From positions 336,001-400,000 of the forward strand of contig NW_021833893.1 in assembly GCF_006345805.1 (NCBI RefSeq): a stretch of DNA of 64,000 nt. Direction: 5' to 3'. A program made the position numbers and the translations under genes. This document shows positions 1 through 12,165 of this stretch, one piece after another (positions within the stretch are counted from its first letter, which is position 1; each line of letters opens with the position of its first letter). This DNA is from Octopus sinensis (Eukaryota). The notes beneath the pieces are model-generated. The model was not told where the DNA came from. It was given only the letters and a program-made list of their open reading frames with translations, and made no database searches.

Positions 1-471
1 CACACACACATGGTTCCAGTTGATTTGACCTTACACACATACACACCACCACCACCACCACAGGTACATACCCACACATACTCAGTTTCTGCCACACACG
101 CACACACAGAGTTACTGTTACACTCACACGCTACCATACACACACAAACGCTATCACACACACATACCACCGCACAGACATCCACACATACACGCAGAAA
201 TCAACCATTCTTCACACTCCTATCCCAGAAAACATTTTCTCTTTGTCCATCTACTTTCAGTCATTCCAAAATGTAACTACACGTGGAGTGTTGGCGATCT
301 TTTACCTCCTTCATCCTTTTCTTTTGGATTTCCTTATGTCTCTTGTTTCCGAAGAAGATCTTTGCTCGAAACGTAAAACAACCACTCTTTCTTTCATTCT
401 CTTTGCGTGTACCACTTCCTCGCGTTGTTTTTTTCTTGTTGTCTTATTCCCCTTTTTTTTTTAATTATATA

Positions 472-1737
472 CATGGGCTGAACAAAATAATGGAATCACC
501 TAGCATCATAGTTTTGAAATATCTATAAAACCGTCAAAAGCTTGTTTATTTTTATGTTTTTTGATTTATTATTAGTGTTACTCAATACGTTTTGCTAAAA
601 TTGATGTTTTTTTCAGATATCATCAGAAAAAGGTAATTAAAATTCATTAAAATGACAGATCTACCGGACTTTCAATGAGGTCAAATTGTTGATGCTCGTA
701 TAGCATGCGCTAGCATAACGAACATAGCTAAAATGTTTGGTGTATCAAAAAGTACTGTCTCGAAAGTAATGACAGCTTTTGAGAAAGAGGGAAATACCTC
801 CTCGTCGAAACAAAACTCCGGAAGAAAACCAAAACTTTCAGATAGGGACAGTCGGACTCTTACGCGAATTGTTAGAAAGGATCACAAAAGTACGGCTCCC
901 AAAATTGCTGCAGAGCTTAATGGCCACCTCGAGAACCCAGTTTCCGCAAAAACTGTTTGCCGGGAGCTGCACAAAGCCGGATTTCACGGGAGGGCTGCAA
1001 TCAGAAAACCACTACTTTGAAAAACAAACATTGCAAAGCGTTTAGTGTGGAGTAAAAACCTACAGAATTGGTCCCTAGAGCAGTAGAAGAATGTTATTTT
1101 CTCGGACGAGTCATCCTTTACCTTATTTCCGACCACTCGCCGAGTATACGTGCGGAGATAGCTAAAAGAAGCATTTGACTGAGACTGCCTTCTTCCAACT
1201 GTTAAACATGGAGGAGGATCTGTGATAATCTGGGGGGCGGGGCTATATCTTGGAAATCCGCAGGCCCAATGGTTTCCCTTCATGGCAAAATTAATAATAA
1301 AGACTATTTAAGCATTCTATCTGATCAAATTCATCCTAGGTTTGCGGAACTGTTTCCGGTGGGAAACTCAATTATATTGGATGGTAATGCACTGATTCAC
1401 ACAGCTAAAGTTGTTAGTGAATGGCACGCGGAGCATTCTAATGAAGTTGAACATCTTATCTGGCCACCACGGTCCCCAGATTTTAATATTATTGAACATT
1501 TATGGTGCATTTTAGAAAAAGTAAGGAATCGATATCCTCCACCATCATCACTACAAGAACTGGAGACTGTTTTAGCTGAAGAATTGACAAAAATTCCTTT
1601 GGAAACAATTCAATCTTTGTACGAGTGCATAGCTCATAGAATTCAAGCTGTAATTACTACCAAAGGCGGTCATACGCCATATTAAAATAAATTTGTTTGA
1701 AATTTTAAGGTGTTTCCATTATTTTGCCCAGCCCCTG
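472..1737 (+). mobile_element. Tc1-family DNA transposon, full length with decayed transposase
   Basis: ~30 bp TIRs (CATGGGCTGAACAAAATAATGGAATCACCT / AGGTGTTTCCATTATTTTGCCCAGCCCCTG) flanked by TA; contains transposase remnants. Confidence 0.93.
652..1685 (+). pseudogene. Tc1 (DD34E-type) transposase pseudogene
   Basis: HTH region (FGVSKSTVSKV, SGRKPKLS, KPLL), FSDES, VKHGGGSVIIWG, DGNALIH, WPPRSPDFNIIEHLW, KGGHTPY; several stops and a frameshift. Confidence 0.92.
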
Positions 1738-1745
1738 TATATAGA

Positions 1746-2160
1746 GGCGCAGGAGTGGCTGTATGGTAAGAAGCTTGCTTACCAACCACATGGTTCCGAG
1801 TTCAGTCCCACTACGTGACACCTTGGCAAGTGTCTTCTTCTATTGCCTCGGGCTAAACAAAGCTTTTGAGTGGATTTGGTAGACGGAAACTGAAAGAAGC
1901 CCGTCGTGTATATATATATATGTATATATATGTGTGTATGTGTGTGTTTGTGTGTGTGTTTTTGTCCTCCCAACGTCGCTTGACAACCGATGCTGGTGTG
2001 TTTACGTTCCCGTAACTTAACGGTTCGGCAAAAGAGATCGATAGAATAAGTACATGGCTTACAAAGAAAAAGTGCTGGGCTCGATTTGCCTGACTAAAGA
2101 TGGTGCTCCAGCATGGCCCCAGTTAAATAACTGAAACAAAAGAACAAAAGAATAAAAGAA
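1746..2160 (+). mobile_element. tRNA-derived SINE, family A (head, internal (TA)/(TG) microsatellite, 3' body)
   Basis: A/B-box-like head GGAGTGGCTGTATGGTAAG...GGTTCCGAGTTCAGTCCC; many other copies in the window. Confidence 0.8.
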
Positions 2161-2175
2161 TATATATATATATAC

Positions 2176-2679
2176 ACAAATTGAGATAGGGGTTGTAAAT
2201 GCAACCATCCATGGGATAAATATATGTTTACTAATTTATATTATTTATTTACATCATTATGTATATGTATATTTTTATATGTATAGGAGTGTGGGTATAT
2301 GCACTCATATGTATATGTATATCTCCGAAGAGGCCTTATGATATTTTTGTAAATGTCTCATTTATAGCTATATATTGACCTACCATAAAAGGCTAATATT
2401 GGTAAAATGAGACATACTTATCTACATGGCCGAAACAGCTGTAAGATATATTCTATACTTATATTTATATTTACTTATATTTATATTCTCTATTTTATAT
2501 ATATTCTACTTATTATACAACATTACTCTTTTATGTACACTTTTTATGTACATTCCTTTATGTACACTGATTTGTTCTGCTTTTTTATGTCTCTTATGTG
2601 GTGGTTTAATAAAGTATGTGATTGAGTATTATCTGGTAATTGATATTTGATTTAGATGTATTTCTCAATTTTCTTATCT

Positions 2680-2682
<3 letters not shown>
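2176..2682 (+). mobile_element. Short ORF-less HHR-bearing element inserted in (TA)n (PLE pLTR or retrozyme-like)
   Basis: Flanked by (TA)n; homologous copy at 37932-38247; contains HHR at 2318-2450 and a downstream AATAAA. Confidence 0.7.
2318..2450 (+). ncRNA. Type I hammerhead ribozyme with extended stem II
   Basis: TATATCT-CCGAAGA-GGCC...(~90 nt)...GGCC-GAAA-CAGCTG-TA-AGATATA: 7 bp stem I, GGCC/GGCC stem II, palindromic stem III (ACAGCTGT), GUA cleavage triplet. Confidence 0.8.
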
Positions 2683-2760
<78 letters not shown>

Positions 2761-3268
2761 GTACTGTTCGTGATTGTAAGATCAACAAAAAGAGTACCTC
2801 ATCTAGTGAGAGATAAATATTATTTGATAAGCACAATATATGTATTTATGTGCTACTATGAATTTCATATACTGAAAGCATGCTAAACAGTGATATTAAC
2901 ATGTCTGGTGTCCTAGTACAATCATTAGATACTGCCAACATGGCACAACGAACTAAGAGTGTGACGATAGGAAGAGAGAAAATGCGAGAAAAGTGAGAAA
3001 GAGGTAGATATAAACGGTGGAAGGCTGAAAAACCGGAAAACGAAACAGAAACCAGCTTTCTTTTTCGTATTCCGATTTTCAACCGCTTACCTTTTACATC
3101 TACAACTTTCTCACCTTTTCTCGCCTTTTCTCTCATTCTACTGTCCCATTTTTAGTTCGTTATGCCATGTGGGCAGTGTCCGGTGATTGTGCTAGGACAC
3201 CAGACGTATTGAATTCACTGATAGGTATGTTCTTAGCACATGAAACTAATAGTAGTACATAAATACAC

Positions 3269-3567
3269 GGAGGTTCAATGGCCCAGTGGTTAGGGCAGCG
3301 GACTCGCGGTCGTAGGATCGCGAAAACACCTAAAGCTCCACGAGGCAAGGGGTGGTGGCGAACCCTGCTGTACTCTTTTACCACAACTTTCTCTATTTCT
3401 TCCTGTTTCTGTTGTACCTGTATTTCACACTCCGCGTCACGCTGAATGTTTACGGTTCACGTGTCTGTGGAGTGCTCGGTTATTTGCACATTAATTTCAC
3501 GAGCAGGCTGTTCCATTGATCAAATCAACTGGAACCATTGTCGTCGTAACCGACAGAGTGCCATACA
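3269..3567 (+). mobile_element. tRNA-derived SINE, family B
   Basis: tRNA-like head GGAGGTTCAATGGCCCAGTGGTTAGGGCAGCGGACTC; ends next to a microsatellite. Confidence 0.6.
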
Positions 3568-5149
3568 ATCATACAGACATACATACACATGTATGTATGT
3601 ATGTATGTATGTATGTATGTATGTATGTATGTATGTATGCACCTATCTATATATATGTATGTATAAATGTATGTGTGCGCGTTTGCGTGCGTAATGGTAA
3701 CAGTCTTTCAATTATACCAGAAGTAAACACTGTCGAATAGAAGTATTCACTATACGAGAAATGTAGAGTGAAAGTAATTTAGAAAGAATTCTGTATTTCG
3801 TGAAATATGTGTGAAGTCTTGCATATATTGATTAGAGATAAGTACTTTTAGAGACTGTTGCTGAGCAGAACAATGCAAACAACGGAGTAGTAGCAGTGAC
3901 ACTCTCATACATTTTAGTAGTATTATCGACTACCTCAATATTATCAACAGTATTATCAAAGATGATACAGCAATAAGAGCGAGTGTAACATCAACAACAA
4001 TAACATCAACAAAGTCAACTATAATATCGACTATGATACCAACGATGTTATCAAATTTCTAATAATATCAACGTTTCCATTGTTGACAGTTGTTTATGTT
4101 TGGGTCCGGAAAGATATTGAACTCAGGATAAATAATATTATTGTATCTTGGGAGGGTCATTTTACTAATAAAGGCAGATTCACTCTCATATTGCGTTTCT
4201 TTATTTCTATCAATAATTTAGCTATTTAAGTAATCAATTGTTTGATTTTAATCCAGCATGGAGACATTTACACCATTGCTCACTCTGCTCGAAGTAGCTG
4301 TTAAAACATCCTCAAATTATATACTACTCTCTTCATAAAAGAAAGACAAGTTCGATAACCTGGTCACAGGAGCTTCTTTAAATGCAGGATGGGTATGACT
4401 GAAATGTCTTAGATCATAATCTTGCTCGATCAGGTTTGACTGTGGGATAAATAACAACAATTGTGACTCCTTATGGTAACGAATCAAGAAAATTATTTCA
4501 AATTGACGTACATTCATTATAATCCAATCGTAATTTATTAATCAGCTCAGCTGAAATGCGCTTTATATTTTTTGTACTACTCAAAATATGTTTTACATTT
4601 TATCTTCAGAATATTTTAGGCGTCACCAAAATGTACATCAATATCATCGATCCTTTCAAATATTTCTCAATGATGTATAGATGCAGCTGTAAATTTTGTA
4701 CCGTCTAAAGCAGGTTAGATAAGACGATCTATGTGTTGTGAAATTTAAGTTAGTTCAGTCAGTCTTTGGATTTAGCATACTTAAAGAATATGGTAATAAT
4801 TTTAATAATAAAATTCTACACTATTGGGACTAACTCCAAACGTCACCACATAACAAAGCATGCTTTAGGTGTAGCTCAAAAGGTATCAGTATTGATTTAA
4901 TACATAAATTTATATAAAAATATATCTGATTGGAAAATTACTATTTTAAAATCTCATGTGAGATATTCAGCAACAGTACTTTGTAGTAAAGGTTGATTGC
5001 CAACATAACATGGCAGTCCTAGTTTTGAACGAATGTTGCTGTAATTTAGCCCCAGGAGTCATCGTCTCCAGCTGGCTATACGACGAGATCTGTGTCCTTA
5101 TATTTTCGAACAAGGGAATCTATCACCCCCATTCAGCTTAAAACAATAT

Positions 5150-5192
5150 CTGTGTATCGCAATTTCCGGGTTATTTCCCTTCATCAGCACAG
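5150..5192 (-). ncRNA. Minimal type I hammerhead ribozyme
   Basis: Minus strand: CTGTG-CTGATGA-AGGG-AAATAA-CCCG-GAAA-TTGCGA-TA-CACAG; perfect 5 bp stem I, intact core, near-palindromic stem III. Confidence 0.82.
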
Positions 5193-5214
5193 AATAATTG
5201 TTCAGCTAGAGGTT

Positions 5215-7000
5215 ATTTCTTTATTCTAGGCACAAGGCCCAAACACAGAGGGGACATACATAGACATGCGGGGACAAACAACAAGTGAAAATGAATAAAT
5301 GAATATAATACAATGATATGAGACGGCCATAGCGGCCCCGCTCCGTGACGAAACCGTGATTTCTTTTTATACAATTAAATCAAACGTTTTTACAATCTTT
5401 TACTTTTTTTGTTTTGTATCGTTCTTTTTCTCCCCCCCCCCCAACTTTTAATAGTCAATTTTCCTTAAAAAAAAAACAAGACAAATTTTACTCCCTTGCT
5501 TTTAAATGTTCATAAAGGGTTTCAAATTTTCTAATTCCACGACCGGTGGGAGCTCGTCAAACTCGACTTCACCCCCCAGCGGTCTTTTTTTTATCTATGA
5601 TGATTACTTTAGCCTTTTCCGGGCAGCAGCCTTACTCTTATTGCCGATTTATATTTTACAATATTTTCTCTATTTGTGTACTTTTGGTATACGTGACCAA
5701 ATGCCACTTGTATTTCTTCGTTTTCACCTCCGTTTGCTTCGGCTCCCGACCTGATCTGTCCGGGCATGCTGAAACATCATAACCAAAATTATAAACGCTT
5801 CCTCTTTCCACCTGTTGTAATGCTGTTTCTTCCTGTGTGCCTTCTTCCACTACTAATTCTGCTGGTGTTTCGCACCTATTTCTTCTTTCCTATCTGTCTC
5901 TTTTACTGGTACTACCTCTTCGGTATTGTTTTCTTCACTTTTCTTCTCTTCGTTTTCCTTCTAGGGACACCTTACTTACATGTGCCCTTTTTGCCGCATA
6001 GGAAGCATGTTGGCGGTCTTCCTTCTACTGTTATTCGAAGTCTGATGTCTTCCGGGAGTATTATTTCCTTTTTCATATCATACAAGTCTTTCAAAGACAC
6101 CTGCATGGCCATCTCGAGGCCATACCCTCACCAACTGACCTTTTTGGTCCTTGTTATCTTGAGGATTTTCGCCTCATCCTCTGCACCGTGTATTATCGCT
6201 GCTACCAGCCATTCTCCCTTCATTTCGGGGGGCACTCTTCCAACTCTCACTCTGGCAACACGTTTGCCACAGTACGTCGAAAGTAGTACCCATTCCGGTG
6301 TCCTTAACAGCTCTGTGGGGTGGCTTATAGTATCTTTTTCGTTGCCAAACCTTACTTCCACTGCCATACTTCGTCCCACGTCTATAGAATGTGGTCAACC
6401 TTTTAACTTTTTCGAGGCACTCCTCTATTGCTTCTTTCGGGGCAACCGCTATCTTGTTCGAGGACGTAGACAACGTCCTGTATACTACCATCCTCTTCGC
6501 TACATTTTTTTTATCAGTTCTTCAGGAGGAGTCAGCTTTAGACTGGCTCCTTCTTTTTTAGCAATTTACTTCCTTCTTTCCATTTTCTTGTCTCAATTTT
6601 TATTTCCTGTATTTCCAGGGTGTTGGCATTTATTCTTTTAAATATTGTGTTAAATTTAATGTAGGCATTCTTGCGTCCAAGGCCAAATTACTCCAGTTTC
6701 ATATTAGCCATTTATTTAATAAGAAATTATAGTGGATTTAATGAAATGATATATGCAATCCCACTCAAAAGTCTCATGAAGCTTTAGTGGATGACACCAG
6801 CGCTGGGCAACCAAATATACACCATTACCCTTTTTTGATGAATATTCTTTTTCGGATTTCGGATTGTGTTTTGTCTCTTCGTCTCTATGCAACCACCATG
6901 CAGAACGCTTGCTATTGTTGAAAGAATCCATTTTCGATTTTAGTTCGCTTTTAGTTCGCTTTTATGCTGTGACAGCAAAGAACAAGTTATAAGACGACGC
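5215..7000 (-). mobile_element. Tx1/L1-like non-LTR element carrying a decayed ORF1 (CCHC zinc knuckle) and no visible ORF2
   Basis: Minus-strand reading from ATG at 6583 across frameshifts; VEGRPPTCFLCGKKGHM*VRCP knuckle at ~5960-6030; basic/acidic C-terminal region. Ends are approximate. Confidence 0.65.
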
Positions 7001-7792
7001 GTTACTTGATTGTTTTGTCCTTCTTCTCTTACTTAGTCCTTAAATCCCTTTCTAAGTTTTATCATTTAATATACAAAATATAATGATATATAAATTTCGC
7101 TAAGTTTGGATATATATTTTCCCCCTGTACCCTTGATGCCTACTTAGATCTCATTGTGACCTTTGTTTTCTTTTTTATGCATTTTTCGATAATCATATTA
7201 TAGTTTAAGTCAACCCTGCCCTTCTTCTTTCTGGTTATCACCTATATACCATTATCTTGCTAGCATCTTCTGAAGTATATTCTTTTATGCAGACATGGCA
7301 AATTTGTAGTTGCAGCAAAATAGGGGGAATGAAGAGTACCTGGCATTAATTAATTTATCACCAGCAGCAAGAACTTAACTGTCAATTCCGAATAGTTTTA
7401 ATTCTAAGTGGTTGCAGAATACTTGCTGCATTGGATCTTTTGATTGTAATAAGGATAAAGATGAATGTAGCTATATCACCATTATTCTTTCTTGACCCCT
7501 ACTGTTATTTGCTTCTGTCACTTTAAATTATAGTAGGCTTTAAGTATTTTCTCCCCAAATTCATTCTGCTACAGTAGTAGTAGTGTAATTCTTTTAATCT
7601 TTAGTTCTGATGGAAAAATTTGCTAAAAAATTATAACGAAGTATCCTGCATATTGAAGACCCATACACTCTTATGCACCCGGGGAAAGCGGTTTATTTCA
7701 AATTGATTTAATGCTTGCATTGATTGATCAGATGGAGCCACTTGAAACGGCTGTAATGCACTAATACCTGGGCATCCTTCGTACTTATTTGC

Positions 7793-7887
<95 letters not shown>

Positions 7888-7891
<4 letters not shown>

Positions 7892-8140
7892 TGGCTGTGC
7901 GGTAGGAACCTTGATCTCAACCTCATGGTTCCGGGTTCAGTCCCATTGCGTGGCATCTTGATCAAGTGTCTTCTACTATAGCCTCGGGCTGACTGAAGCC
8001 TTATGAGTAGACTTGGTAGAGGGAAACTAAAAGAATCCCGTCGTATATATATATCTATATATAGGTATGTATTTGTGTATCTGTATTCCCCCCCCACAAT
8101 CACTTGACAACCGACGTTGGTGTATTTACATCCCCGCAAC
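7888..8140 (+). mobile_element. SINE family A copy
   Basis: Homologous to 1746-2020. Confidence 0.75.
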
Positions 8141-8263
8141 TAATAGAAGGTTTGGAAGTGATGTACAGGTATTATATATTAGAAGAAATAAGGCACTCAG
8201 AAACCTGAATGGTTTTATATTTACAGATTTTTATTAATATGTCACATGTTTTTATAAATCATA

Positions 8264-8303
8264 TATTAGCGCTTGCATCTACTGTAGTAGACTCTTCAGA
8301 TTG
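8264..8303 (-). ncRNA. Degenerate hammerhead ribozyme
   Basis: Minus strand: AT-CTGAAGA-GTCTAC-TACA-GTAGAT-GCAA-GCGC-TA-AT; GAAA mutated to GCAA, palindromic stem III AGCGCT, AATAAA downstream. Confidence 0.55.
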
Positions 8304-8440
8304 GGATGTGTTTGAGATGATTCCTTTCGTTTTATATTATTATTGTGTGTGTAGGGTGGGGAGAGATATAGGATAGTAAAAGAGGGTGAGGAATAGTGAG
8401 AAAGTGACAGAGGGTGTGTGTGTTTGTGTGTGTATGTGTA

Positions 8441-8493
<53 letters not shown>

Positions 8494-8603
8494 CTGTGTC
8501 TGAGTATCTGAAAGGAGTGTCAATGGAAAAGGGAAGGAAAGAAAGAAGGAAGAGAGAAAGAAGAAAAAATTTGCCTACATTTTTACAGCAGGTCAGTTCT
8601 TTC

Positions 8604-8895
8604 AATAGAAAGTGATGAGTTGATTCTCGGCCTTTAAAAATGGTAAAACCAGGTGGCTACTCTGAGTGGGGTCTTGATAAAAGTTATTTTTCAAAAAAAT
8701 GTTTGGATTTATTATCATTGTCATCATCATTGTCCAGTGAGAGAGAGAGAGAGAGAGGGAGAGAGAGAGAGAGTGAGAGCGTGAATGTTTGTGAGTATGT
8801 GCCTGTGTCTCTGAAATAGAAAGTGATGAGTTGATTCTTGACCTTTAAAAATGGCAAAACTAGGTGGGTACTCTAAGGGGGTTCTTGACAGAAGA
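8604..8895 (+). repeat. ~80 bp direct repeat (about 8604-8682 and 8815-8893) separated by (GA)n
   Basis: AATAGAAAGTGATGAGTTGATTCT...GGGTCTTGA occurs twice. Confidence 0.75.
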
Positions 8896-9930
8896 AAAAA
8901 TTGTGTTTACACCTATACAGCTATATATATATATATATATATATATACATACATACGCACACATATCGGTGAAAAAATTATAAGAGAATGAATTAAAATA
9001 ACGATTTGTGTATCATACTAAATGTAAATATACACCGTTGAAAGTCATGCTGCTGTGATTTTTGTCCGAGAAAGAATCTCTTCATAGACATCTGGTTTTA
9101 CTAATACAGTATGTATCGAAACGAAACGAATATCACCGCAGCCGTAACACATTGAAACACTGCAAGGGTTTCGATTCTTCTCGGAGCTTCTCTGCATCCA
9201 CTTGCACCTATTCTCATGTCCTTATTTGTCACATGCATGAACAAATTTCGTTACTACACACACTCACGTATATATGTGTAAAAGGTCCTGGTAGGGTATA
9301 AAGATAGATTTTCAGCAATTCTGCAAATTAACCCCTATATTTAATCCTGTTTAGCTTTCTTTTGCTTTTCCTCTTTCTTCCTCCTTTCTTCTCATTTTCA
9401 TACTTGTCGTCATCATGTCCTAGTCCTCCTCCTCCTTCTCCCCTTCCTCCCCATCCTCCTCCTCCTCCTCCTCCTATCCTCCTCCTCCTCCTCCTCCTCC
9501 TCCTCCTTCTTCTTCTTCTTCTTCTTCTTCTTTCTTCTTCTTCTTTCTTTCTTTCTTTTCACCCTTTCTCGCATGTTCTCTATACTAACTATTTATCTCC
9601 TAACCATAATTTTATTTGCTTTTGTTTCCTCCCTATATAAGTAAAAAAAAAACTGTCTGGGAGACGCACAAAGTTTAGAGCGCACCTTTTACGGAAGAAG
9701 AGCCACTCTAATCTCTAAAATCGCACATTTACGTAAATTTTCACTTCAAATTTTGCGTAAACTGGCGTTGCAAGCAGAGTTGGTACAAAAACAATTGTAA
9801 TGAATCATTAAAGATGTATTTTATCCCGGGTTCCAAAACCTCATGTGTGATGAGATTTTTTTACACATATATGTATGTATATATATCATTGGCACTTATT
9901 AAACTCTCTGTAACTTCTGCCTTATTATTA

Positions 9931-9984
<54 letters not shown>

Positions 9985-9994
9985 TTTCCTCAAT

Positions 9995-10561
9995 GGACCC
10001 GGAAGTTGTTCGCAAACAGCAGTAGTAATTTTCTTCAGCTGGATACATGTCATTGATTGGTTAAAATTACCCAAATACGAAAACTTTAACATGAAATAAC
10101 TTCTGAAATACAAAATTTTGTCAAAAACGTTATGAGTAAACCCTGTTCAATGTAATAATTCTACCAATATCCGAAGTTTCAAAGTGTTTAGTTTAAAAAA
10201 AATAATTAAAAACTCTGGCCGTCAAATTGAATAGATCCCAGCTATGACCAAGGAGCAACACTTTCCCTTCGCTCGACATACGAATAGAACAGAGTGGCGA
10301 CATTTAAAAAAGATGACCCGGAAGTTGTTCCTCTTTGATTACTCCCGCAAGTATCAGTAGCTTTTTCAACTGAATACAAGTCGCTGATTGGTTAAAATTA
10401 CCCAAATACGACAACTTTTACACGAAATAACTTCTAAAATACGAAATCTTGTCAAAAATGTTGAAAGCAAACCGTGTTTAGAGTGAAAAATTATACCAAT
10501 ATAACTGTTTAGTTAAAAGAAAATAATTTAAAAATGTGTGAGCGAAACTGAACAGATCCCA
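9995..10561. repeat. Two diverged tandem ~245 bp units, probably DNA transposon termini
   Basis: GACCCGGAAGTTGTTC...TGATTGGTTAAAATTACCCAAATACGA...AGATCCCA at 9995-10240 and 10315-10561. Confidence 0.7.
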
Positions 10562-11030
10562 TAATTCCTTTAATGCATTGCTATATACATTTCCACAAAC
10601 TCCATTCTTTAGTCATTGTATTCCCCATCCATAGGAATCAAAAACATGATTTTCAAAATCCATGGATTTTAAGGAGAACCATTAATACATGTGCTCGTTT
10701 CATCAGGCAAAGATGCATTAGTGTTCTGGCTTCACTGAGTGTTTGGCTAAGGGATATTTACATCAGAAGGATGTGTGGGGTCTATGGTGATTTGAATTTT
10801 GTTATCATTATCTTATAACTTTCTACCTTTCCTCTACCAACTTGTATCTTTCTGTCGAGCAAACTGTCTCGATTCAATCATCATTTCTTTATTTCTACTT
10901 AGACTTAGTTTATTTTAAATTTAAATTTCTATGCTTATTTTGATTTCATATTTTTTATTCTAATTTTCATTGCTGTCACTAGCAACAAGGCTATCATCAT
11001 AATTTTTTATGTTTAATTACTTGAAACAGA

Positions 11031-11407
11031 TATTGTTATATCCCGGGACGGTCATTTCTTTTCCTTGCCAAATAAACACACGCACTATATACTCATTCTT
11101 ACTTGTTTGTTACTATTCTTTTTCCTGTGCATTCTCTGGAAATCTTTCGTCACCGTTTCAGCGACTTTCCATCCCACGTGTCTCTTCCTGTTCCGTTTAG
11201 TCCATTCTAATGGACTAAGCAGAACTAAACAGAACAGGCGGAGACACGTAAGATGGAAAGTCATGGAAGTGGTCACAGGTGTGTGACGAAAGATTTTCAG
11301 CTTGTGGACATCAAATAAGAACAGTAATAAATAAGTGAAGAACGAATATAAAATGCGTGTGTTTATTTGGCAAGAAAAAATGAACCCCTCACCAAAATAT
11401 AACAATA
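11031..11407. mobile_element. Diverged palindrome formed by two head-to-head PLE 3' ends
   Basis: Arms pair throughout (CTTTCGTCAC/GTGACGAAAG, GACTTTCCATC/GATGGAAAGTC, TTAGTCCATT/AATGGACTAA); right arm resembles the PLE 3' end at 58710-58910. Confidence 0.7.
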
Positions 11408-11984
11408 CTTTTATATTATCAATGTAATTTGTGTTTGTATTTATATGCTTTTATTCTCTTATATGTTTCAACCTTGAAGCTGCGGCCATGCTGGGGTACC
11501 GAATAATTATAATATTATTATTATAATTATTTTATTAGTGTTAATAAATGCTTATTTTCAAATAACTATGAAGATTATCATTAACAAAGAGCTACAATCC
11601 TCGATGTGTTCTTTGAACGAAACAAAACGTACATTGTATAGCTCAACAATTACAAAACATACAGACATATATACTTTATTGTTCATATTAGAATGATCTC
11701 TCCCATAGTCTCATACTAGGCGTGATAAAATTAAGAGTAATTCAGTGATAGTATATGTTCTAACATCTATAGTAAAACATTTTTCTGTAAGGTCGTGGTA
11801 CAAAGTATGATTGTCTAAAAAATGAGTTCAGAATACTTAAATACATTATATGGTTGTCATATAAACTATACGCGTGTGTGTGTGTGTGCGTATGTACTTT
11901 TATAGCTGTATATGTGTGTGCGTGTATATATATCTGCATATCTTATTTGCGCGTGTGTGAATATTGGTTTAACTTGTGGCAATT

Positions 11985-12165
11985 TTAGGGGAGAGATAAG
12001 TCGATTACATGAACCCGAGTATTAAACTGATACTTATTTAATCGACCTCGAAAGGACGGAAGGCACAGTCGACCACGGTAAAATTTGTACTCAGAACGGA
12101 AGACAGATGAAATGCCGCTAAGCATTTTGTCTGGCATGTTAAGGATTCAGCCGCCTTGCCGTCTT
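11985..12165 (-). mobile_element. tRNA-derived SINE, family C (old copy)
   Basis: Homologous to 25705-25936. Confidence 0.65.

Noticed and set aside
1746-1815. tRNA genes at SINE heads
   Set aside because: They are tRNA-derived A/B-box heads attached to repeat bodies, with no complete cloverleaf.
5766-6641. 291 aa plus-strand ORF resembling a membrane protein
   Set aside because: It is antisense to the purine-rich Tx1-like ORF1; the hydrophobicity reflects T-richness.
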